A stretch of DNA of 51,401 bases from Candidatus Pacearchaeota archaeon (GTDB lineage Archaea > Nanobdellota > Nanobdellia > Pacearchaeales > GW2011-AR1): the NCBI GenBank assembly GCA_018303925.1, contig JAGVXF010000011.1, positions 10,563 to 61,963 on the forward strand, given 5' to 3'. Under the pieces are notes generated by a model. That model was given only the letters and a program-made list of their open reading frames with translations. It was not told where the DNA came from and made no database searches. Of this stretch, positions 37,848 through 45,680 are shown one piece after another (the stretch's first letter is position 1; every line of letters begins with the position of its first letter). Position numbers and translations under genes: made by a program.

Positions 37848-40046
37848 ATGAAAAAAGAAATAAAAACAATTGCAATAACACAGGCGCTAATTTTATTAAT
37901 TGGAATTTTCGCATTTGTATGGCTTATTGGGGGAATTCCGAGTGTTAGCGGGGGGGATCCGACCGGCTCAAAATGTACTGCAATGGGAGGAACTTGTTAT
38001 GAGTTTGGAGCAAATAAAAAAAGTAATGCAAATAGTTTATGTAACGAGAAAGTTCCAGGCTCAAAATACGCTCCCGATTTATGTCCGGGAACAACCTATT
38101 GCTGTGTGCCTCCTGAAACCCCTAAAACAACTCCAGAAGATCTTATTAAATCTGCTATTCCTTATGGATTGCAGTATGTGCCCAAATTTTTAACTCCTAC
38201 AAGTATGAATCCTGTTGCAGAAGAGGCAGGAACCAAACTAACTCTTGATTCGGAAACATCAACATTTTGGTCTTCTGTTGGTAAAGAAACATTAAACATT
38301 CTGGGAACAGCCGCTTCGGCGACTCTTGGTTCGTATGCATTTCAAAAGTTAGGAGAGGCTATCGGGGCAAATCCTGAGTGGCAGGATGCTTTAGGAGGGT
38401 TGGGAGGATTTGGAGCAGCAATTGCCTATATGGCAACTCTTGGTTCATTCACCCTTGCTGGATGGGTTGTTGCAGGTCTTGCATTAATAATTAATTTCTT
38501 TATTAAGCACACAACAGAACAGGGAGTAGTTGTTTATTATTGCAATCAGTGGCAACCATCAACAGGCGGGGGGAATTGTGACCTTTGCAACCATCAGGAA
38601 GTTCCATGCTCTGAATACCAGTGTAGAAGCCTTGGACAGGCTTGCAACTTTGTTGCAAGTGACGCAGAAGAAAGCGGAACACCTTTTTGTTTTTGGAACA
38701 ATTCAAATGATATAAACCCTCCTATAATAGAACCAAATCCGGATGTATTAAATATAAATTATATTTACAAACCTGACAATGCAATTGCCCCTCCTGACAG
38801 AGGTGTTGATATTGTAAACACAAAATCAAAGGATGGATGCCTTTCACCATTCAGCAAAGTCACTTTCGGAGTTAAACTTAATGAACCTGCATCATGTAGA
38901 ATTAGTTTTGACATAAGAGAATCTTATGAAGATATGGCAGCATATATTGGAGGAAGCAGCACATTAAAGTTCAACCACACACAAACTCTGGTAATTCCAG
39001 AATTAAATAATACTGTTGGAAAAGACAACTTTATCTCGGCTTATGTAAGATGTGAAGACCCTCAGGGAAATTCAGAAATAGGAAACTTTGTTTTCAAAAT
39101 GTGCGTTCAGGAAGGACCTGATGTTACTCCTCCATACGTTGAAAGCACAAGTATCTTTAATGATTCACAGGTTGCATTTAATGTCACAGGTGCACAGGTT
39201 GACTTTAATATAAATGAGCCTTCGGAGTGTAAATGGTCTTTTGCCTCTGGAAGAACTTATGAAAACATGGAATACAACATGACCTGCGTAACCGACCCAA
39301 CTCAAATTAATTTGAGGCTTGGTTACACATGCACTTCAAACTTAACTGGAATAAAAGTTACAGACAAAACTTATTATTATGTTAAATGCAGAGACCAACC
39401 AACGAAAGAGATTAATGACAGGAATACCATGCAACAGGATTACGTTTATGCTCTCTCCTCTTCAAGAGCACTTGAAATAATTGAGGCTTCCCCTAATGGA
39501 ACCACAATTTCCTCGAATACAGATCCAACTTTAGTAAACTTGAAAGCAAAAACACTTGGAGGAGTTTATGATGGAAGCGCAGTTTGTTATTGGAGTAAAA
39601 CTGGAATTTATGGGGAATACACCATCTTTGACAACACCTCATCATCAGAACATTCAACAAATGTTTATGTTCCTGCAACAAACCCTAACCCCCAGACTTA
39701 TTACATAAGGTGTGATGACCTTGGAGGAAACGCTGATGTTGAAATAATAAAATTCAATGTAAGCCTTGATCTTTTCCCTCCATTAATTTCAAGAGCATAT
39801 TATGAGGAAGGAAAGATGAAAATAATAACAAACGAGAAAGCAGAATGTGAATATTCAACTTCTGACTGCCTTTTCCAGTTTGGCGACGGAGAAAAAGTAT
39901 CTACATATGACCAGTTCAATCACCTTTTAGAATGGTTAACAGAAACAACTCTTTACATAAAGTGCCAGGACATTTACGGAAACCAGCCTGCTTCACCAAA
40001 CCAGTGTAGCATTATTTTAAGGGCTGAAAGTAAGCCTTCTGCCTGA
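37848..40046 (+). CDS. Large Cys-rich surface protein with internal hydrophobic segment and repeated beta-rich domains
   Basis: N-terminal hydrophobic segment; Gly/Ala-rich hydrophobic stretch; repeated NEP-x-x-C...YVRC-x-D-x-x-GN units. Confidence 0.8.
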   Translation: MKKEIKTIAITQALILLIGIFAFVWLIGGIPSVSGGDPTGSKCTAMGGTCYEFGANKKSNANSLCNEKVPGSKYAPDLCPGTTYCCVPPETPKTTPEDLIKSAIPYGLQYVPKFLTPTSMNPVAEEAGTKLTLDSETSTFWSSVGKETLNILGTAASATLGSYAFQKLGEAIGANPEWQDALGGLGGFGAAIAYMATLGSFTLAGWVVAGLALIINFFIKHTTEQGVVVYYCNQWQPSTGGGNCDLCNHQEVPCSEYQCRSLGQACNFVASDAEESGTPFCFWNNSNDINPPIIEPNPDVLNINYIYKPDNAIAPPDRGVDIVNTKSKDGCLSPFSKVTFGVKLNEPASCRISFDIRESYEDMAAYIGGSSTLKFNHTQTLVIPELNNTVGKDNFISAYVRCEDPQGNSEIGNFVFKMCVQEGPDVTPPYVESTSIFNDSQVAFNVTGAQVDFNINEPSECKWSFASGRTYENMEYNMTCVTDPTQINLRLGYTCTSNLTGIKVTDKTYYYVKCRDQPTKEINDRNTMQQDYVYALSSSRALEIIEASPNGTTISSNTDPTLVNLKAKTLGGVYDGSAVCYWSKTGIYGEYTIFDNTSSSEHSTNVYVPATNPNPQTYYIRCDDLGGNADVEIIKFNVSLDLFPPLISRAYYEEGKMKIITNEKAECEYSTSDCLFQFGDGEKVSTYDQFNHLLEWLTETTLYIKCQDIYGNQPASPNQCSIILRAESKPSA

Positions 40047-40176
40047 TTTTCAAATTATATTTTAGAGCGAAATTTACTTTTTACCCTCTACAATACAACT
40101 ATATGCGTGTAAAGGGTAGACCTTTTCAGGGTCAATTTTCCCGAAACTTTAAAAATTAGGTTAACATGATTTTTCC

Positions 40177-40635
40177 ATGAATAAGATGGAGTTAAATAAT
40201 AGGAAATTAAGCAAAATAACCCTAAATAAAAAAGGTCAACTTAATATTTCATTCGGAATGATTTTTTCAATAATTTTAATAATTGCTTTTTTGGGTTTTG
40301 CATTTTATGCAATTCAAAAGTTTTTGGCTTTTCAGCATGACGTTACCGTTGCAAAATTTTATGAATCTCTTGATATTGATGTTGATCAGGTCTGGAAAAG
40401 CACCCAGGCCTCAAAAGAGGTTGAATATATTGTCCCGAGAAGCGTGAAAAAGATTTGCTTTAAACCTGGAACTTTGGAAAACGTTTATTTTTATGAAGAA
40501 CATCCAATCCCAGGAAAATATGTAGAGCATTTAGATATAGGAAGCCTTCTTTGCATAAACACTTCAAAAGGAAAAGTTAATTTTTTATTAGAAAAACAAT
40601 ACGGAGAAGCGCTTGTTAAAGTTTCGGAAGCCTAA
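40177..40635 (+). CDS. Class III signal peptide (pilin-like) protein
   Basis: NKKG|QLNISFGMIFSIILIIAFLG. Confidence 0.75.
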   Translation: MNKMELNNRKLSKITLNKKGQLNISFGMIFSIILIIAFLGFAFYAIQKFLAFQHDVTVAKFYESLDIDVDQVWKSTQASKEVEYIVPRSVKKICFKPGTLENVYFYEEHPIPGKYVEHLDIGSLLCINTSKGKVNFLLEKQYGEALVKVSEA

Positions 40636-40643
40636 AATTAAGT

Positions 40644-40980
40644 TTACAATTCTTTTTTTATTTTTAAAATCTCTCTTTCCAGGATAGGAAGATCCTTTTC
40701 AATCATAAGGTATAATCTTTCAACATTTACCCCAAAATATACATGAGAAAGAAAATCCCTTGCTTTTTCAAAACCCTTAAAATTTATGTTTGGATAATTA
40801 TTCTTAAAATCTTCAGGGAGAGACTTTATTGCTTCACCAATTATTTCAAACCTTCTTATAATTGCATCCTGGTCTTTTATACTTTTTGAATTCCTGTAGA
40901 GACTTTTTTCTTGAATATAACTTAATTAACCTTATTGACTTCAAGATATCATTGATATAGACCCGAACATTTCTTATCAT
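40644..40980 (-). pseudogene. HEPN (DUF86) toxin, frameshifted
   Basis: MIRNVRVYINDILKSIRLI in one frame; DQDAIIRRFEIIGEAIK...RDFLSH (Rx4H)...KDLPILE in another; shift between about 40880 and 40925. Confidence 0.85.
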
Positions 40981-41270
40981 ATCAATTGGATTTCCTCCGA
41001 CAAAATTTGCTTTTTTATCTCCGGCTTTATAAGATTATACTCAACTAAATCCACCTCCCTACTTAACAATTTTTCAAGATTTATCTTTAAGTTTGCTAAA
41101 TCTATCAGGCTCCAACTCCCGTCTATTTCAACTAGGATATCAATATCACTTTTTTCTGTTTCCTCCCCTCTTGCATAGCTCCCAAAAATCCCTGCCTTTT
41201 TGATCTTGTTCTTTCTAAGTACTTGGGTAATTTTCTTTTTTATTTCCTTTATTTTATCTTCTTTTTTCAT
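40977..41270 (-). CDS. Minimal nucleotidyltransferase (MNT) antitoxin
   Basis: GIFGSYARGE...SDIDILV, VDLV. Confidence 0.92.
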   Translation of the reverse strand: MKKEDKIKEIKKKITQVLRKNKIKKAGIFGSYARGEETEKSDIDILVEIDGSWSLIDLANLKINLEKLLSREVDLVEYNLIKPEIKKQILSEEIQLI

Positions 41271-41605
41271 ATTTAGAAGAGCATGATGAGCATTAAAAAT
41301 GTTTTTATGAAGCGTTTATCAAAAAAGAACACCCCACATAGACTTCCAACCTTTAAAGACTTAAGAACCATAAGAAATAAAATTGGGGTTTTTTATTCTC
41401 TCGCTTAATTCTTTTTTGATTATTTCACTAAGATTTATGGCATTTCCTATAACTAAATTTATTTTTTTCATATTTTAAATATTCAACTTTTTTCTCTTAA
41501 ATAAAGAAATGATTGATTTTGAAGCTTACCCCTCTTATCAATTAAACTACCCGATTTCCTAAAGATTCTCACAAACTTTAAAAGTTTAATAACCCTGTTT
41601 AATTT

Positions 41606-42526
41606 ATGCAAAACAAAAAGGGATTTCTTGACATTTCTTTTTCATGGGTCTTTGCCGTAATTGTTGGCGCGATAATTCTTTTCGGGGCAATATATTTTGT
41701 AAATAAATCTGCAAACATACAAAATTCTATAAGCTCAGCAACGACAGGCACAGGACTTCTTAATTTGCTCACCCCCCTTGAAACCGGCCTTGAGTCTGGG
41801 AAATCAATAACAATAACACTTTCTGTAAACTCAAGGATAAACCACAATTGCAATTCTTTTGGAACTTTTGGAAAAGAAACAATATGGATTGACGAATTCA
41901 TAAATAAAAAATGGACAAGCCAAAACATAAAAATAGACCCTATTGACAAGTATCTTTTTTTTCCCAAGGTTCTTGAGGGAAAAGAACTTTATGTTTTTTC
42001 AAAACCTTTTGACTTTCCGTTTAAAATTGCCAACCTAATTTACTTTTCAGATGCTCAAAAAAAATACTGCTTTAAAGGATTCCCACAAGACAAAGAGAAT
42101 GAACTTAAAAATATGGAAGTGAAAAATTTTGAATTCGGCAGCTGTTCAGATGGGTCTGTAAAAATATGCTTTAATTCAAACTCTGACTGCGACATTGAAG
42201 TAAACTATAATCTAAGAATTGTTGAAAAAGAAAATGAGGCAGTTTATTTCGAAGGGGATTCTTTGATGTATGCAGCTATTTTTTCAGACAAAGATATTTA
42301 TGAGTGCGAGCTTGAAAGGCTTGTAAAAAGGGCAGGCAAACTCTCAGAAATTTATCAGGAGAAGTCTCTCAACTTAATATCTGTCGGGTGCGACTCCTCA
42401 GTTGAGTTTTCAGGATACAGAAGTGAACTTTCTAAATTCAATGGCTCAGAAGACCTTTCCTTAATTGCACAAAGTGCAAACTCTATGAATTCAATAAATA
42501 AATATTCGGGATGCACATTATGGTAA
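41606..42526 (+). CDS. Class III signal peptide (pilin-like) protein
   Basis: NKKG|FLDISFSWVFAVIVGAIILFG. Confidence 0.75.
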   Translation: MQNKKGFLDISFSWVFAVIVGAIILFGAIYFVNKSANIQNSISSATTGTGLLNLLTPLETGLESGKSITITLSVNSRINHNCNSFGTFGKETIWIDEFINKKWTSQNIKIDPIDKYLFFPKVLEGKELYVFSKPFDFPFKIANLIYFSDAQKKYCFKGFPQDKENELKNMEVKNFEFGSCSDGSVKICFNSNSDCDIEVNYNLRIVEKENEAVYFEGDSLMYAAIFSDKDIYECELERLVKRAGKLSEIYQEKSLNLISVGCDSSVEFSGYRSELSKFNGSEDLSLIAQSANSMNSINKYSGCTLW

Positions 42527-43041
42527 AACCCAAAAAAGGTCAGATGAAAGTTCAGCAAATGGCATTTATGATGATAGGTCTTGCAATATTTTTTATCCTT
42601 GTTGGACTTTTTGCACTTAGTTTTATTCTTTCTGGGCTTAAAGATTCAAAAGCGCTTCTTGACGAACAACGGGCGACACTTTTAGCAGGAAGACTTGCAG
42701 ATTCACCCGAATTTTCATGCGCAAATGCCTACGGGACAGGCAAATCAAACTGTGTGGATATGGATAAAGTTTTTGCACTGAAAAATAAAATAGATGATTA
42801 TTCGGGTTTTTGGGGAGTTCTTGGAATTGAAATTTTCAGGCTTTACCCCTATGAAAACCAAACTCTTGAATGTGATTCATCAAATTATCCTTATTGCGGG
42901 CACATTACCATCCTGAAGCCAAAAAACCTTGGAACGGACAATTCAGCCTATGTAAGTTTATGTCGAAAAGAAAAAAACGGAAATTCATTTTACAATAAAT
43001 GTGAAATAGGGGAACTTGTAGTGAGGATTTCAGATGAGTAA
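42520..43041 (+). CDS. Class III signal peptide (pilin-like) protein
   Basis: KKG|QMKVQQMAFMMIGLAIFFILVG; overlaps the upstream stop. Confidence 0.75.
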   Translation: MVKPKKGQMKVQQMAFMMIGLAIFFILVGLFALSFILSGLKDSKALLDEQRATLLAGRLADSPEFSCANAYGTGKSNCVDMDKVFALKNKIDDYSGFWGVLGIEIFRLYPYENQTLECDSSNYPYCGHITILKPKNLGTDNSAYVSLCRKEKNGNSFYNKCEIGELVVRISDE

Positions 43042-43068
43042 AATTGTTAAGAATCAAAAATAGAATAA

Positions 43069-43560
43069 ATGTTAAAGATTATAATAGGCAACATAAATAA
43101 AAAGGCACAGTCAGAACTTGCGGGATTTGGGATAATCGTAATTATAGTTGCAATTCTTATTCTTGTTTTTGTATCTTTTAGCTTAAACAATCCTTCTAAT
43201 GAAAACATTAAAAGCTACAAAACAGAATCGTTTGTCCAATCTATGATTCAGTACACAACAACTTGCGAAATAAATGGCCACTATACATCCTTTCTGGACC
43301 TGCCAAAAATATGCAATGAAAACAAGATTTGCTCTAATGGGAAAGATTCATGTGAAGTTTTGAATTCAACCTCAAAAGAAATTGTGGGCAATTCATGGAA
43401 AGTGGGACCTGACTTTCCCGTTAAAGGCTATGAGTTTTCCCTACTTTACGGAGGAAAGAATTTTGTGAACTTTAAAGAAGGAAATAAAACAGGAGAGAAC
43501 AGGGGCTCAAAACAGGTCTTTAGCGGGGGGCTTGAAATAGAGTTTAAGGGGTATTATTAA
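43069..43560 (+). CDS. Class III signal peptide (pilin-like) protein
   Basis: NKKA|QSELAGFGIIVIIVAILIL. Confidence 0.75.
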   Translation: MLKIIIGNINKKAQSELAGFGIIVIIVAILILVFVSFSLNNPSNENIKSYKTESFVQSMIQYTTTCEINGHYTSFLDLPKICNENKICSNGKDSCEVLNSTSKEIVGNSWKVGPDFPVKGYEFSLLYGGKNFVNFKEGNKTGENRGSKQVFSGGLEIEFKGYY

Positions 43561-43908
43561 TCATCCACAAATTATTTCGCAAATCTTTTCCTCAACCTCT
43601 TTAATTTTTTTTTCAGAAACTTTTCCTGCATAGTACAGGATAAGAGATTTTCTGATAGTAAATATTATTGAAGGTTTTATGAAACTTTCTCTTTTTAATC
43701 CCCCTTCTGAAAAATCATTTATTCCCAAGTTGATTTGATAAGGGTCAGAAATGTGACTTTTTGAGGTTATTTGACAAAGAATCAAATCTTCCCCTTTTAA
43801 ATTTGCAATGACAACCGCAGGCCTTTTTATCGAAGATTTTAAATTGGAAAACGGAAAATGAGAAATAATAACTTCCCCCTTATGATATTCTTTTTTCATT
43901 TTAGACAT
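43561..43908 (-). CDS. PemK/MazF-family toxin
   Basis: KGEVI..FPFSN...KRPAVV...ILCQITS. Confidence 0.9.
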   Translation of the reverse strand: MSKMKKEYHKGEVIISHFPFSNLKSSIKRPAVVIANLKGEDLILCQITSKSHISDPYQINLGINDFSEGGLKRESFIKPSIIFTIRKSLILYYAGKVSEKKIKEVEEKICEIICG

Positions 43909-43921
43909 TTTAAAATAAATT

Positions 43922-44125
43922 TTATAAGTCTTTCCATGCAAGATTATCTTCTTTACTTAGCCAATTTCTGGCTAATAAATCTTCATCTGCATAGTAATCA
44001 ATACTCTCCAACTCTTTAATTCTTTTTGAAATTATTTCCCTTACAAAAGAGCTCCATTTGATATCGGAAAACTTTTTCATTTTATTATAAACTTCTTCGT
44101 CTATTGAAAGGGTAATGTTTGTCAT
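43922..44125 (-). CDS. RHH antitoxin cognate to MazF
   Basis: MTNITLSI...IKWS..VR; C-terminal LARNWLSKEDNLAWKDL. Confidence 0.8.
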   Translation of the reverse strand: MTNITLSIDEEVYNKMKKFSDIKWSSFVREIISKRIKELESIDYYADEDLLARNWLSKEDNLAWKDL

Positions 44126-44170
44126 AGGGCTTTAAGTGGCATCACTTATTTAAACCTTTTGTTTTTTTTG

Positions 44171-44512
44171 TTAAATCTTAAGTTTTATCACAATTTCATT
44201 AACAACAATTTTAGGTCTGTGCCTTATTCTTCCGTTTACTTTTTCCTTTATTAACTCTATAAAACCAAATCTTTCAAGGAGTTTTATGTCATCAGTTAGA
44301 GCCTTAAAAGGGCGACCTAAAAGCTTTGAAAGGTTATAAATTGAAGAGGGGTTCTTGTATTTTATAGTGTCAAGAACTTTTGCTTTTTCTTTTGAAAGTA
44401 TTTGCCTTAATGAAGAAAGCCCGTCAAAGTCGTACTTTTCTTTTCCCTTAAGGAATTTGAAAGTTCCCCCTGATTCTCTTATTGAAACTTCTCTTATTTT
44501 TGTCTTTGCCAT
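44171..44512 (-). CDS. Winged-HTH transcriptional regulator / orphan antitoxin-like
   Basis: LRQILS.EK..VL, PSSIYNLSKLLGR....DDIKLLERFGFIEL. Confidence 0.8.
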   Translation of the reverse strand: MAKTKIREVSIRESGGTFKFLKGKEKYDFDGLSSLRQILSKEKAKVLDTIKYKNPSSIYNLSKLLGRPFKALTDDIKLLERFGFIELIKEKVNGRIRHRPKIVVNEIVIKLKI

Positions 44513-44543
44513 TTTTAATATTCAGGACCATCAGAACCCTAAA

Positions 44544-44885
44544 CTATTTTTTTCCATTTAGAATTTCTTTTATTTGCTTTTTCAAAATGGGAATATCTTT
44601 TTTTACTATATTCCAAACAATTCCCAAATCCACATTAAAGTATGCATGAATTATCCTATCTCTTGTTCCGGATATTTTCGCCCATTCAACTTTCGGATAT
44701 CTTTTTTTTATCTCTTTTGAAACATTTTTTGCTGCTTCACCAATTATTTCAAGCCTTCTTATAATTGCATCCTTAATATCTTTATTCTTCCTAAATTCTT
44801 CTTCATATAAATTTGATAATGAGCCCTCTATATCATTTATCGCATCAAGGATGTGCTTTAAGTAAGGAATATCTTGGTATTTCAT
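44544..44885 (-). CDS. HEPN (DUF86) RNase toxin
   Basis: YLKHIL, DAIIRRLEIIGEAAK, RDRIIHAY (Rx4H). Confidence 0.92.
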   Translation of the reverse strand: MKYQDIPYLKHILDAINDIEGSLSNLYEEEFRKNKDIKDAIIRRLEIIGEAAKNVSKEIKKRYPKVEWAKISGTRDRIIHAYFNVDLGIVWNIVKKDIPILKKQIKEILNGKK

Positions 44886-45172
44886 ATTATCCTTATCTCA
44901 TCTCCCAAAATATACTTTTTCAGGTAAGGATGAACAGACCTATATGTCAGCAAATCCACTTTTTTTCCCAACCTTTTCTCAAGTTCTAAAATTACCCCAA
45001 AAAATGCAATTCCCATGTCTTTAGGAGGCTCTATAATTATATCAACATCACTTCCTCTTTTTTGCTCCCCCCTTGCATAAGAGCCAAAAATCCCCGCTTT
45101 TTTGATATTGTTTTTTCTAAGTATAGGAACAATTCTCTTCTTTATTTCATTAATTTCTTTTTCTTTTCTCAT
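44882..45172 (-). CDS. Minimal nucleotidyltransferase (MNT) antitoxin
   Basis: GIFGSYARGE...SDVDII, KKVDL; overlaps the HEPN start. Confidence 0.92.
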   Translation of the reverse strand: MRKEKEINEIKKRIVPILRKNNIKKAGIFGSYARGEQKRGSDVDIIIEPPKDMGIAFFGVILELEKRLGKKVDLLTYRSVHPYLKKYILGDEIRII

Positions 45173-45445
45173 GCCGAAGTGAGTTTTTTAAAAGTTAAAA
45201 ATGTTTGTCTTTTAGTTTTTCTATCCAATTTTGTTAATTTTCCCCAAACTTAATTTAGCACTTTTAACCCCGAATTTATGAATTTGACACCCGCATTTAT
45301 GAATATCTATTATTTTTGAATATATATAGTTTTGGATTTTTTCTCCAATCCCGTTTTTATGTAACTTTTATAAAAGGACAGCGTAAGGTTTTTAAATAAA
45401 ACCTTAAAAAATAGGGGTCTTTATGCCAAAACCGAAAGTTTTGTT

Positions 45446-45460
45446 CCAAAGCTTTTTAAA
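45446..45460 (+). promoter_or_regulatory. Putative BRE/TATA promoter of the S-layer gene
   Basis: CCAAAGC-TTTTTAAA ending about 20 nt upstream of the structured leader; position inferred only. Confidence 0.4.
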
Positions 45461-45480
45461 GAAAAATCGGCTTTCCATGT

Positions 45481-45665
45481 TACACTCAATTGAGGGTGGT
45501 CTTATAGGGGATAAGCCAAAGCATACGCGAAAAGACGAATGCACGGCATACCTATAAGTTAAGCTAAAGAGTTCCCCTATAGCTTTTTAGCGAAAACTTC
45601 GGGCCGCTTCGCGGCTTAAAAAGAGGGTGAGGAAAATCACCTTCCAATAGAGGTACAAAGGAGGA
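45481..45665 (+). promoter_or_regulatory. Structured 5' leader of the S-layer gene, ending in a GGAGG SD
   Basis: Multiple stems: CTTATAGG/CCTATAAG, GCTAAAGAGTT/AGCTTTTTAGC, GGGCCGC/GCGGCTT, GAGGGTGA/TCACCTTC; GGAGG at 45660-45664. Confidence 0.65.
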
Positions 45666-45680
45666 CAAAAAAACGAAAAA

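Noticed and set aside
40082-40118. Hairpin TACCCTCTACA/TGTAAAGGGTA between surface genes
   Set aside because: A single imperfect stem; a plausible terminator or processing site but without further support.
41300-41471. Short minus-strand ORF fragment MKKINLVIGNAINLS... upstream of the MNT
   Set aside because: Stops after 36 codons; possibly a gene remnant, but no family could be supported.
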